Of a stretch of 64,000 nt of DNA, positions 31,147 through 44,769 are shown in pieces. Every line of letters starts with the position of its first letter. The first letter of the stretch is position 1. Source of the stretch: Ophelia neglecta (Eukaryota). The stretch is taken from contig OZ260661.1 of NCBI GenBank assembly GCA_965285935.1, forward strand, positions 43,338,001-43,402,000, given 5' to 3'. Both the position numbers and the translations under genes were made by a program. The notes below the pieces were generated by a model, which ran no database searches, had not been told where the DNA came from, and saw only the letters and a list, made by a program, of their open reading frames with translations.

Positions 31147-31275
31147 AGTTTTAATGGGACGACTCGGCCACCTAAGTGTCTGTATGACCCCTCAATCCTC
31201 TCCTTTCGATCCATCTCTCTGACTACTGGCTACAGTTCGCTGACTCCCGTGGAAGAACCATCCTGTGCTTTTTGA
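31147..31275 (+). CDS. Candidate terminal coding exon of an unidentified plus-strand gene
   Basis: Strong acceptor ttttgatttctttttcAG at 31146 and local CpG retention in otherwise CpG-poor DNA. Phase-0 frame is SFNGTTRPPKCLYDPSILSFRSISLTTGYSSLTPVEEPSCAF*; an alternative frame is VLMGRLGHLSVCMTPQSSPFDPSL*. Followed by T-rich, UTR-like sequence. Confidence 0.55.
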   Translation, partial: SFNGTTRPPKCLYDPSILSFRSISLTTGYSSLTPVEEPSCAF

Positions 31276-34010
31276 GCTGGGGCTGAGTGCTGACACCTGT
31301 TGACACAGCTACACACTATAGAAGATGGTTGGGCAGCTACTCACTGGATCATCTCAGTGACCAATAGTCTTAGGGAGAGCAATTTGAAAATATCAGGAGC
31401 CATCAGCAGATCTGGGCTCTCTAGGATGAAGCATACCAGTGAACATTTTATGTGTGATGTACCAGTATTAACACAGCTTGTCAAATGTATTTGCACACAT
31501 TTATTGCTCTTCATAGTTAAATAAGTCTGGCAACTCATTGCATCCCACTGCTTTTCCTGAAGAGAAATAGTAATAGTTTGTTTTTTTAGTTGATGTTAGA
31601 TCTCAAATTACCCAATGTAGGGACATATTATTATTTGAATCCATACTTTTTAGAAGGGTACATATTAATTTCAGATGTTTTCTCAGTAGGCCCATGTAGA
31701 TGTAGTGTGATATTAAGTGTGATATTTAATAGTTTTAGTGGAAAATTGCTTAGTTGAAATACTGTGATAGTTGTTGCTGTACAAAGTAGCCATTCCACTG
31801 TTGTTAGTTGAATCAATGCATTTCAATTGTAGTTGTGAAACTTAGTTTTTTACCTTTCTATATGAACACTGAATGTGACATTGTTTAGAGTTAAAATTCC
31901 TTTAGATTAACCAGATGGATAGTGGTAGTTGCTTAATCTAACTATGATTAAGTTTAATCTATCCTTGTGCTAAATTGTTTGCATTACCAATTAAATGGTA
32001 CAAATGTAGAGCTTGTACTTTGGGTGATGTTTTTTTATGTGAGCTTGTTACAATCAATGATGGGGCGTTTACAAATTTTCACTGGCGTTTTCACTGAAAA
32101 GTATATCTGCACAAAAGGTTATAAATATATATTAAGTAGAATTTAAATGTAGAGTCCCACTGCACAGCTGGGTTGATAAGTATGCTTTCATTTACATTTC
32201 AACTTGGTTGTTGTATGGGCTGATGTACATGTACCAGTATATGTACACATGTACAGGCATACATGTAAACAGGAAAGTCGGTTTTTCTGACCTGGTGTAA
32301 ACAGCCTGGACTTGGGATAATCTTGCCAATGATGTCTACAACGTACAGTTGAATTGTAAACTCTTATGGCACTGACTGCTAGCTTCTAAGGGTGGGAGAA
32401 GCCATGGTGGGTAATGGATGCACTTGCAGCATTTAGGTGTTTGACCTAAACAGGTTTCATAGGAAAAGTTTATTTGAAAGTTTTAAAACTACAGTTACCT
32501 TGAAGAAGCTGGCTATTAAAGTTCAGCTACTTTAAACTTATCTTATCCTTAAGAGAATCACTCATTATTGGCCTGCTCAGCAGTATTAATAAAAATCATT
32601 TCTGCTTGCAATCTTTTTTGAGAGAGCCAAACTGCTCATATAGTCCTTTGTACAATTATAAAATTAGATTTGAAAGAGTATATGTGGTGTATCTATATCA
32701 TTGAATTTAAATAGTTTGGAAGGTGTCACTGGCTCAGAAATGTCAGATGGTCAACTTTGTGATGCAAAATGTACTGCCTGGTGGATTTTAGAGACCCACC
32801 CCTCTGCCAATTGGCAAAAATATTCATGTACGGCAAGTCCTCTAAGCACTCTTGTGGAATTCAGGATTTGATACTGCTGTTTAGTCAAACCAGTGGGAAT
32901 TAAGTAAAAATGTGTACTACTCAACTAACTGGCTACAGTCGACCTGGCATCAAAAAACTAGGTTTGTACTATGTACATGTATTTATGTAGGACTTTAGGA
33001 TTATGTTTAGGGAGTTTGTTTACCTACAAGTATTGGTATTAGAACCTTTAACATCAGAACTGCAGCATTTTTATTTTGTGGCCCTTATAATCCTACGTTA
33101 TTTCTTACAATATGTCAAACTGTTGTGCATGCTACATGCCTAGGAAATAACCACTTCTGAAGTGTGTAACAGACTAGGACAGGTCCTGTGCATTCCACAC
33201 TTCTGACAACAGCAACTTAAAATGCATGCGGCATAACCAACAGTTGAGACATGCTTAACAAAGACCTAAGAGGCCCTTAGATGGATAAAAAAGTCAAGAA
33301 GTTCAAATATTGCCGATATGGTGATGAGTTTTATATTTTATGTTATGGTTGAGTGACTGAGAGGGTCAGGCTTTTGGTTATGATTATGTTCCAAAGGATT
33401 GTCACTCTAATCTGGCACTCTGGTCATTGCTTTATAGTGGAGTGCTCTTTTTGGTAATGATTTGACTATGAATATTAACAATGATCTCTACCACAAGTGT
33501 GTGTGCAAAAGTATCTGGTTTTTATGAACATAATTGCAATGGAGAATATTATTTTAAAAACAGTCCTTAGAATTAACTGGCTATAATTGCCAATTTGGGT
33601 CATGATCGCTTAAAAATGCCCATTAGGGATAAGGAATTCTTCCAAAAATGTTTGCCAATAAATGTCTTCATGTATTCTTTCTACATAAACAAGGTCTAGT
33701 AAATATAAACTGTTCTAAATTTATGTTCTTAAATCTTGAAATAAAAGGTATGTACATGTACCTCCTTCAGGACAACAGTTATTTTTCTGATTTTGGTTGA
33801 TTTGTGCACAGCATTATGACCATATAGGTACATGTACATTGAGGCATAAGAGAGTCAAAGATGTACTTAGTGCCAATTTAGTACCAAAAGGGCTGAAATC
33901 TTACAAGAGAGAACCTTGAATTAAGGCGCAAAGAAATACACCATCCCCTTTTGATATCACAATTAAATTAAAACACATTTCTTATGCTAGACAGTTTGGT
34001 TGGTGTATGC

Positions 34011-34117
34011 TCACTGGAGTTTTCCAAATCCTGTTAGGTTGGTTTACATCTATCACTGGAGTTTTTCCTAGTCCAGTGGGCCTAGTTAACATCTATCACT
34101 GAAGTTTTGCCTAGGCC
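34011..34117. repeat. Degenerate ~42-bp tandem repeat (~2.5 copies)
   Basis: TCACTG(G/A)AGTTTT at 34011, 34053 and 34096, the last two preceded by ACATCTA. Confidence 0.7.
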
Positions 34118-36523
34118 AACATGAAATATGAGAGCAGCAATTTTGAATTGATAAATTAAATCAAAGGGTAATATCGTAATACAACTTTTAAATAAACACC
34201 AACCAGATTTCGAGTGCCTTTGAATATAAGACATCAGTTGGCCAGTATACATGTAGATACAAACACTTTCTGCCAGTGCTTTGTGCACTACCCCGGTAGC
34301 CAACATAAAATACAGTCAGACCTTGCAGTAATGATGCTTTTGGCCTTGTTGCAAATGATGCTTTTATCACTGAAGCAAGTTTTCCAATAATCCCAATGTT
34401 ATATTCAGAAGATTTTCCTGGATTAACTATTACAATTGCTTTTAGGTATTATGTATGCAGTACTTTCCAATACCACCATGGCTACCACTTTGAACTAAAC
34501 ACCAGGCCTACTACGGGTAAATGTATTATTCTGTTTCTTCAACAGAAAATAAATGTGTCTGACCAATTAATTAACCCAGGCATGGGCAACGTTTTGTAGA
34601 AAAATATCAATCTCACAATGGAGAAATGTATTATCAATAAACATAGGATTCTTAGTTTATATACAGGAAACTATTTGATGACTGGTGCATTGAAAAGGAA
34701 ATTTTCTGATTACCAATTAAGGAAATATGATTTGTTTGTTTTAAAGAGATATTTGCACTGATTCATCTGCTATTTTGTCTGCTTTGGTGTTAATTAATGG
34801 AGAAAGATATAGCCCTACAAAACAGTTACCAGTGCAGTGGAAATATGTGATCCTATTTGTGTGTGGGTGAGGCACTTTGTGTTAAATCATGATAATGTGA
34901 AAAACACTGTGTAAATGATAACTATAAATCTCTAGTTCACACTTGCAAATGCAAGTCTGTATTCTCTTGTGCATTAAATGGGATAAATGCCTATTTGATA
35001 TTTCTTTGCTTCCATAAATTGCTGAATTGAGTTTTGTGCTACTGTTCATTTATTGTCAAGGACTTAGGGTATATAATTAATCAAAGTACATCTATCTACA
35101 AGTTATATTTTCCCACGTTCATATATCCAATTCAGTTGGTGTCTGGACTTTTTAGACATTTAGAAGATTTAGGCCAAAAAAGGTGAAGAAGCCTACAGCC
35201 AATAGTTATTTTCAAAAGAAATATAGCCATTTATACTTTTCATTGAACAGCCAAACCGGTTTTCGTGTGGTTGGGCTGGTTTTTACACTCAAAATGCATA
35301 GCATATACCTGGCTGATGTAGGTAATGCTATGTGTTGTTATTGTCGCACAACGCACATTGTGTATCCACCTTTTATGCCAAACATTTTTCTGTTACACAA
35401 GAGTTGTTGTTTTTTATCCATTGTTGGGTAACATTATTAACATTTTAACGTTTCCTGATGTTTTATGTATTGGATTGTTTTCTTTATATTCAAATTGGAT
35501 TATAGTCAGAACCAAATTATTGTGAAACCTTATATTTATACCTATATTATAATATTAGGAGTCAAGAATAAGGATTAATATATTGTCTTGAACTTTAAAT
35601 TACTGGGTCATAGTTTGCTGTAAACAAAACCTCCAAGGTGATACAGATAAACAGCATGACTTTGATAGATATTTTTGGTGTAATCATATTTGGTAATGTG
35701 ATGTCTCAAAAGTGATCCCTGAAAGCATCTGACCACAGAAATTTGCCCAAAAAAATCATAATTGTATAATTTGTAATAATCATTGGTAGATAGAAATGAT
35801 ATTTTATCCATCTCATATGGTATTTAGATGGGCTACTGTTAGAAAAGTCTATATAGTTATGATTATGAGGTAAAATGGAAAGTTGCTTTTATGTATTGCT
35901 ATCATTTTACTTGCTACTGGTGTTTAGCTGCCATGATATTGTTGCTATTTCTTAGTCTAAGTGTGTATGTTGAATGAGGTGTTGTATGTAAGGAGAATGT
36001 CATTTAGTGATTCAGCTATCTCAGGACATTGGGAATGTTTCAGGAATTGTGGTTTTGAATTGTTAGACTGGCAGTGATCGTACAAATGAAGAATGTTTGC
36101 ATGCTGCTAGTACCAAACTTCAAAATGGTTTTCGAAATCATTTTGGGGGATGACTTGAGATGCTTGGATGATGCCTAAAAGAATTATGAATGTTTGAATC
36201 AGCTTTCATTACTCAGATAAGATAATGATTATTGTAAATAGAATGATAACACTCAAAGACAGCACAAAGGCAAGCATACTGTTGGGTTTAAACTAGTTTT
36301 ATAGACGTCCACTGGTAGATTAGATTAAAGGTGTGTGACTTTTCAAACTTAAAACTTTATATATTTTTAAGATTGTGTCCTAATTGTGGCCTTTGTAGAC
36401 TTCTGCAGTGCTTCCTAGGCATAATGTTGTACTGCTAAAATATTATGGCACTTAATATCTCAAACAATGGAATGTACACATAGAGTACCTTCTGTATTTA
36501 ACTTCAATCCATGTGTACAATAA

Positions 36524-36618
36524 CTTGACAATTACTTACCGGTAGTACTCACAATTACTTGATAATTACGTGCCTGTAGTACTCAAATGATTTGATAAGT
36601 ACTTATCGGTAGTACTTA
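36524..36618. repeat. Degenerate 33-34-bp tandem repeat x3
   Basis: TTGA(C/T)AA(T/G)TAC......GTAGTACT repeated three times. Confidence 0.75.
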
Positions 36619-36906
36619 TTGTAATGCTGTATCATCTAACATGGGGAATGGGGAATTTCACTTTAGTTGGCACTTGGCAGACATGCTTAAGCAGCACTCC
36701 TGGACTCTATGAATGATAATTGTACAGCCACATGAGAACATGTAGTCTTTTCTTATATTATACATGTAATTATATACATATATATGTCTATGTTTACTGT
36801 GTGAACATACTGGGGATTTCGTGTGGTGCTGTGTTGAAAGAAGAAAGTGTGTAACTATGGTTTACACCAGGAAATTGAGACTGTAACGCAACTTAAAATG
36901 TAGTAA

Positions 36907-36943
36907 TGATTGATTGATTAATTGATTGATTGATTGATTGATT
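36907..36943. repeat. (TGAT)n microsatellite
   Basis: About 9 units with one substitution. Confidence 0.9.
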
Positions 36944-37365
36944 ACCCGGGGGTATTGGACATGTGTGTCCCTGAAATTAAGGGGAAGGAAGGGGCATCTT
37001 TTTATGCAGTTGTCTTTACAAGAATACTACCTCTACTTAATTATACTTGGTGATTGTTCTAAACTTGACAGAATTTGATATGTTTGCCAGAAAATTCTCT
37101 CTGGGTAGATAATTCCTGTGGGTGAGCCATGATGTTTTAGAAAGAGGTCTGGAATTTACTTGATGAGTGACAAATCTCAGAGCACATTATTAAAAGTACT
37201 AGTCTTTCATAAGCACAGTGTCCAATTAGAAATTTGGGAATGTACATAAATGTTCTCTAATTCGTGTTCTTGTTGTAATGATATGTGCTGTGAGAGTTTA
37301 CTATTTGTGTGATTATCAATTGCACCTATGGATTTAATACTGTAATGATATGCCTGGGTCTATTA

Positions 37366-37371
37366 AATAAA
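37366..37371 (+). promoter_or_regulatory. Candidate polyadenylation signal ending a ~6 kb 3'UTR
   Basis: AATAAA at about the point where the T/G-rich plus-strand skew appears to relax (judged by eye). Confidence 0.3.
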
Positions 37372-40300
37372 AGTATTTGCAGCCCGTATTGCTAAGATAA
37401 CGAACAAGAACAATCCTAAAAGAACAGTTTAAAAAGCAAAGCTTTAATTATCACTAAATGAAGTAATAACATACATGTACATGTAATTTCAATGGTTGTT
37501 AAAAACACACAGACCAGTTGTGTTATGAATCTTAAATCGTAATTCTACTGCCAGAGACACGAATGTTTTCTAGAGTAAGTTACTTGCTATCTAAGTGGTT
37601 ATTAATAGCTTTCAATTTAATGGAAATTGTGACTCACAAAGCATTTAGATTGATGTTGAATTCCTCAGCTGATAGTTCCATCAAGGTGATATGATTAATT
37701 TGCCATTACTTTTTTAAAGTTTATGCTCTTGAGGTGAGTATTGTGATATTTTGTCACATTTGTAATATGATATTTTAAGCTTTAATGTCAGTTTCAGTTT
37801 CTATTTGCCCGTCTCCTTGGATGTGTGGGGAGGTGATACTTTGTTACTTTTATTAATACATATATCATTTCTTATGTAATTGGGAACATTAATAAGTTGT
37901 TTCAAAATTTCTTCAAAGAGGATTCTTATTGCTACAAAAACAATAACTATTGTTCTATTTTACTTGTACATTTATTATGTATTATGATTTGCAGACAACA
38001 TTCAATAAAAGAAATGAAAATGGACACTAGTGTAAGTTGTTGTTTCCTCCAAGCATTATTAACTTCCATCATAGATATGTATAATCCATTAATACATAAT
38101 ACATGTAACAATGTATTCTCTATATCTATGCTTCCATACACCACTTTAAACCATATTGACATGCACATGTAAAATAAAGGAATTGAGTGAAAAATATATT
38201 TGCCACACATTTAATTTAGCACAATTTACTATTATGCTGTGTAAAAAACAAATCTGAACATTCTGTCTAATCTGAGAAGTGCATGGATCAAGTCCTGTAT
38301 GATTTTGCCATGGAATGAGAAGAGATGGCAGAAAGGAAGCCGAAAAATCATACAAATCTAAAACTACAACTCAGAATAAGGTGTTGGGCTAAACTCGCCG
38401 AAGAAAATCATACCATTTCTTTATGTATGCCATAGAGAATGATATAGAAGTATATCCTTTTAACTTTTTTGGGCTCAGGCCATTTGCCGCATTTTGGTAG
38501 GTTTTAAACCCGCATAGCCAACAAGGAATGTCTAAAATTTATGGTATGTAGATTATTAAAAAAAAGCTGCTGTTCGGAAAAATAGTGTCTGAAACACAAT
38601 TTGCTTATTGGCCAAATACTGTATTGCATGGTATTAGATGTTGTTTTATCATCCTGCCTGCCATGTGATTAAGTGACTAATGTTCAGGATTATTATTCAT
38701 ATCGTACACATATATATCTTCATGACACACCTGCTCAGCCTAATAATTTCATGCATTATATGGTGTATGTTTGCAAAAATGGGCCTTCCATTGTTGATAA
38801 ATAATTATATGGACTAATGGGATCACATTTGTCATCACAGGAAGTAACCAGAGCTGCATGGTTCTCCTTTTAATATCATATACCAATGTGCATGTGTATG
38901 ATTGTCAGGACTGAGAGCAGACCAGATAATATGAGTGCATCATATAAATATTTATATACCTAAAGGAAGAACTAAATCTGTAAGGCTTTTATTTCTGCCC
39001 TTCTACCTGACATTTGCACACATTTTCCATTTCATGAAACTCAACATGATCATATTTTATGGTATTAGTATGTGAATAGAATATCCAATGAAAGAAATAA
39101 TGTGGACTTCCACTCATTTAGTACCAAGGCACCATAGAAATCTAGGGCTGGTAAATGAAGTGCAACTGAAATTCTAGTGACAGTTAGCAGCAGAAAGGAA
39201 CAGATTCTTTTAGCTATGAATATAACTGAATCACAGAGTGACACAGAAACAACCAGTGCAGTGCTTAGAAATATGATCATTTTATGAAAATAATTAATAC
39301 ATCATCCAAACAAGAAAACTCTATTCTTCTCCAGGATTTTTCATTACCCGACTAGCTAAATTGATACACTGTGATATTTGTTATTTTTCGACATGTAAAA
39401 TGAACAATAAAAGAATCAGAAGACATGAACAATATTAACTGTGACATGCACACTTATATCAGAGTTTCTGCACTAAAGAATCAGAGGAATATGATCTGTA
39501 TACTTGAACTGAAACCAGGAAAGTATGGTCATAGTCCAACTGCCATGTCTATCCACACTGGGTATGTGCAAAAAGGGTTGTATTTTAGATAAAATACTTT
39601 GATAAAAGAGCCCATTCGTCCAAAAATTCCCTTCATAATGTCCTAATTTTCTGGAATATCTGAAAATTTGGACATTTTAACTATTTCAACACAATGGGAA
39701 TTGCTAAATAATTGGGGTTTTTTTTGTAGTAATTCTGACTTTGATTCTAGTTGTAAAATAATCCCAAACTGTCTCTACCCCCAGCCCAGTATTAATGTCC
39801 GTATACAGGTACATGCCATTAAAATTTCTACTTGTTTAGGGTAGGGTTTTAAGAGCTCTGTCCCTCCCCCCCCCCCAGGAATAGTCAGCACAAATGCAAA
39901 TTTGCCAGTTTTTCTCCTTCCATTCCAGAAGAATTCAAATATCTATTAATATATTTGGCACAATTTGTACATAATTTGTAAATGATGTGCAGTATTAAGC
40001 CTGGCACATGAATGGAAAAACACTGTTTAACAGCCAATAGCCAGTATTTGTGTTTCTATACCAAACATATTTACTGTCTTTTTAAGATTCTGGATTTTAT
40101 AAGAGCAAATTAAACTATTGTGCCCTGAGCTGTTGTTTCCCTTTCCAGTTTTCACTGCAGAGGCCAGATATCAAACAGCAATTATTGTTTTTCAAATTAT
40201 CCGCACAGATAATTTGACAAGTGTGATTAAATTATTCATGGCAACTCCCAGTTGAATGATAGGAGATATGGGGCCGTCATCTAGCCCAGGGTATTCGTGT

Positions 40301-40999
40301 GGGCATTATTGCCAATATCATTGAAAATCAGGTAAAGTGACTGAGTCATCTGTCAAATTCTCAGACTTTCCATCTTAATTTGACTTATGGACTAAACTTA
40401 TCTTACTCTTCCATTAATGTTCTTTGCAACCTTCATGAAACCGCCTGTGTTAAAAATCAAATTTTTCAGTCAAAGAAACATATTGTTTTCTTGTTTGTGG
40501 TGTCTTGTTTCTGCTGCATAGTTAAACAATATTGGGAAGAACTTTAAAAAAAATGCAAGCTTGCCTTACAAAATACCATTTTTTTGTAGAATGTATCGGG
40601 TATGAACCATTAGATAATACTTTTTGAAATAATGATAATATTTTTATTGAAGATAGCTTATACCATACATTTGTTTTTATATGATATATTTTGTTCATTT
40701 GAAGGTGCTTAGAGTAACGTTACATCACTGCCATCAAAAAACACAAAATCATACTTTCTAGTCAATAGATGTCAATGGTAAAATAAGTGTGAAGGTATGG
40801 ACCAAATTAATGAGGCTTCCCATGGCCATTATTTATGACATTATGCAAGAATGAGCCGTTTTACTTCTATATGGCAAGTCTGGCACTGGTCGCGGTCTGT
40901 CAACTACAAAAAAGGAGTTAAAACAAGGCAGACAAAACAAATTAATTAATCATTAATAGTACATTAAGTCCGTCTGGAATCATCAGCTACAGACGAACA

Positions 41000-43900
41000 A
41001 GCATTAACCCTCACTTTCTTTAATAGTTATAGCTAGTAATGAAATGAATAAACATAATAAATAAAACCTGATATTATTGGCATTGAGAATTCGTCTGCAG
41101 TTTTACATGTCAGTGGTTAACGTTGGGCAGATATGAAATATACCCTTAATGGGGAGTATATGGTGGACTAAGTACTCTTATAATTTTGAAAAAAAAGATG
41201 AAGTTTTCAACGAACACACGACCAGGGAAGGATGTAAAAGATCCCTGCATACTGAAGAGGAAAAAACTGTTAAATCTCCTCGATAGTTCAATAAAGTATT
41301 AACTATGTTAAGTGAACAAGCCATGCTTTTATTGTGACTGTACACGGGTATCTGTAACATACAATGTTATATTGACGAAAACGTAAAGGCTATTATCCTC
41401 TTTAAAGAAAAATATATCCAAATAAAAACACCAATCAAGGCTGTCATTGGTACAATCTTTCTGTTTTAAAAATGGTGGATAAATGTCACGCACCATTCGT
41501 CTGAAATATTTGATATTACACCTAAATGCGAAGTAACATTTCCTGGCTATTTGCCACTGCCCACCCTTCAGCAAATTAGTCATATTCATATAAAAGAAGT
41601 GAATAGATAAAAATATGCCAAAAACTCGAAAAATTTAGCCGAGACTTTTTTTCAAAGTTGATTTTCAACGCCTTGGTAGCTAGATACAGCCTGACTAATA
41701 TTGCATACCAGTAAAGTGGTCACCATTTTAAGTCATGTCGTTCCTTACAAATTTGATACATGGCTGACTGTGGTGAGTTTTTTCTACTAAGAATAGCAAA
41801 ACCTTTGCTCTTTAAGATTTATATGTGTTCCTCTACTATAATTGTTTAAGTCAATAATAACACCCACACGTTTATTACTCCGTGGCCATGTATCGGGCAG
41901 AAAACCATTATAATGCACCTTTTCACATCCAATGATAATCTGTTGACATTTCGCCAATGAATTTTGTTCACATTAAAAAACAATTTGTTGACATTTAGCC
42001 GATTTACAAGTTAAACGCTTTTTAGTATATCTATCAGTGAATTAAAGTTATTTGCCTTTACAAAACCATTAGTGTCGTATTATTTAACGTATATACAAAA
42101 GGCGGGCAGGGAGGCTCTATACCGACCCCCTGAGATACACCACAACTATTGTTCATAATAATTGGACTTGCATGAATGGAATAAAGTATTTTGTTATGTA
42201 AAGTAAGGATAGTCTTAAAATTGTACATATTATACCTTTTCCTGTACCAAAATAATGGGTTTGGGTATCCCTATTCCTACAGTTGTTTTTAGTATTACGA
42301 TCTATTTTGTATATTTTCCTCTCTTGTCTCATTTTTATTATAAACTGGACCCCATGAAAAACTGCTTAAGCTGATAGGGCTTTGCAGTCTAGAGAATTTT
42401 AATAAATAAACATATCATGTGCGAGCTTAGATTATTTTAAGAGACAAAGGTGATACTTCATTCAACTCTTTCGGAACAAATCAAGTGCTAGCCCCTCTAC
42501 TTCTTATGTATTAAGCTTCTGAAGAAAAATGGCATGATACACTGTCTATCGAAAGCCTTTGAGAAATCGAAGAAAACTCCAAGAACTAAATCAACAACCT
42601 GAAGAGAATGAGCTATATTATCAAATAGGACAAGTGGAACTAGTCAAAGTTTTCCCTAAATTTTTTTATTCGCAATGTAAATAGGTCTAGAAAAATCAAC
42701 TTTTTCCAAGATGTTGGAGAAGATTACGCAGCAGCACGGAGCAGGTCTGTAATTACCAAACAGCATTATATCCCTTTATAATAGAAAGGTACATTCAGCC
42801 ATTTTATTTTCAGTAAGAACAACACATTGACAAGACGATAAATCAAACAAATGTTTCAATGGCCTTAAAGAAAGCGAATAAAGTACGTTTGAAAATCTTG
42901 GGATTTATCCAAACACAGACAACACTAGATTGTTTCAGGGAGAAGATAATTTTCGCAATTTGTCGCGGGCAAAAGTATCAATGCACAGTTAATTAGGATA
43001 ACATGGACTTTCTCCATTTGCAATGGTCACTGGAGCTTTTTGTAGACAAGCCATTTTGGCTATTTTCAGCATTGTAATGAGAGACGAGTTTACATGCACT
43101 CAAAAAAGGCTAAAATAGGTTTGGTGGATCACAATAACAAGAAGTGGACAACAGGAGAGAAGGCACAGGAGGAGCCCTTGGCTTTGACATAGATCATACA
43201 CAAGCCAACAAGTTATACCATTTAGTGTTCAAGTGAAAGTAAGTAATAAAAGTGTCCATATGAACAAGGAGGTGTTGGCTGGCACTTACAATTGATGACA
43301 AACACGAATAGAAACCAGGCAGAATTGGAAATTATCAAATAGTGAGTAATATCTGTCTTAATTAATCGGATAAAATTTAAGGTCAGCCAAACAGAAACAT
43401 CGATCCCCACCACCATACTGATTTCCACTGAATCGAATCACTAAAGAGAGCCGTTTCTGTGTAAAAGAAATAAATCTATACATGAGGTATCCTCAAGCTT
43501 TTCTTGGTAATTTTAAGTTGATAAATGGTGGTAAAACGTAAGTCTTGAATGTGACCTAGAGTCGCGAAAAGAAGAAAGTCTGACTTAAATATTTTCGATG
43601 AGCATCAGATTCAAGATTAAATGGAGTAGTAATGGCGTTCGGCCTCCGTAAACACCCACTTTCACAAGCAAATGAATTTCAATGCCGAAATGAGCCATAG
43701 GGTATGAATATCATGTAGTACGGGCTTCATGAAGGCACATCGTGACACCAACAATTTGCTATATAGGCCATTAATTGTAATCTAGGAATGGCTAGAACAT
43801 TGCGCTGATAAACAGAGTAAAACCAAATGTGGTTAGATCTAAGTAGTGCTTTCTGGCTCATCTGAACATGCATTTTTCATGATTTACGCATAGAATAACG

Positions 43901-44379
43901 TTTTTCACCAAAAAGGCCATTGACTAGCAAACATGCTTTCCTCTTAATATGATGTCACATATATGACTTTGTTTTGCATCATGGTACAGTACATGTTTTG
44001 TTTATCAGGCATACCACAGTGGACTTGCGTTAAATTAACGATATACAATAAAATATTACAAGGGGATAAAAGGAAACGTCCTTTTAGGAAGTTTTACGCT
44101 TGGGAATATAAAATGAAATGTTTATGTTCGCGTGAAAAGTTGTCTTTAACACATTTCTTCTGTATTCTACCATATTCCATTGGATTATCTTGCTCAGGTT
44201 TTTGATTTCTGTAACTGCCTTTTTGCCAGACTGTATACAACACTTTAAGAATTACTAATTCTAGGTTATAGCAACTCCATGGTATTGATGTGCAAATTTT
44301 TTATCTATGGCAAGTAGATTACTTAAAAATTTGGCAAACAAGTTGATTCTGAACCTCAAGATAATAAGCTTTCAAAAAT
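41000..44379 (+). pseudogene. Possible heavily eroded EN/RT part of the same old LINE
   Basis: Scattered remnants in the expected order: KPDIIGI (~41063), GVYGGL (~41153), CHCP (~41552, like SDHCP), GLHEG-IVTPTI (~43722, like GVRQG..LSPTLF), GLALN (~44010). Many stops, frameshifts and probable secondary insertions. Confidence 0.35.
42340..42415 (+). mobile_element. Possible degenerate LINE 3' tail
   Basis: CTGGACCCCATGAAAAAC...GATAGGG...AATAAATAAAC after T-rich sequence resembles L2/CR1-group 3' stem-loop ends. Confidence 0.3.
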
Positions 44380-44769
44380 GCATGTATCTTGAAAATGCCC
44401 GAGGCGTTCCGACTCTTGGCCTATGGACTACAGTAATCGAATTTATATGGATCACTTTATTTTGTAAATTACAATACTGAATCACAATTAGGATACCGAA
44501 TAAATAGACACATGGTTTATAAAGTTCATTGTATGGGTTGGTAGGAAATATAATATTTCTGCACATAGACTGGAAGTTTCGTAGATATCCAATGAAGTTC
44601 AAAATAAAAGGTCTCTGTTCAAAATATTTCATCAACACTATGGAAAATGGCATTTTAAAGCGATGTATAGTAATGAACAAGAATGGGCTCTAAATATGAA
44701 CTATCTCTTTCTGTCTCATGGTCTGGGAACCATTTTCTATAATTGTTTGAATCATCATGCAAATTCAGC
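44380..44769 (+). pseudogene. Decayed older LINE ORF2 (RTE-X-like), post-RT region, left of the Tx1 insertion
   Basis: With frameshifts it reads ...TWFIKFIVWVGRKYNISAHRLEV/RYPMKFKIKGLCSKYF...ILK/AMYSNEQEWALNMNYLFLSHGLGTIFYN. This resembles the 'KFCKYILGV...ELGRYPL...KYW...W...LL...GFG.IW.N' block I associate with RTE-X-type LINEs. Confidence 0.6.
44754..44769 (+). repeat. Target-site duplication, left copy (ATCATGCAAATTCAGC)
   Basis: Exact match to 49517-49532, immediately after the poly(A). Confidence 0.95.

Noticed and set aside
136-44680. The many 60-130 aa ORFs in the supplied track
   Set aside because: No recognisable domains, composition typical of random AT-rich frames (Cys/Leu/Phe-rich, often non-ATG starts) and no supporting splice structure.
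44743-44769. TTG 'start' and first nine codons of the 217-aa ORF
   Set aside because: They lie in flanking DNA and the TSD; the true ORF1 start was lost by 5' truncation.
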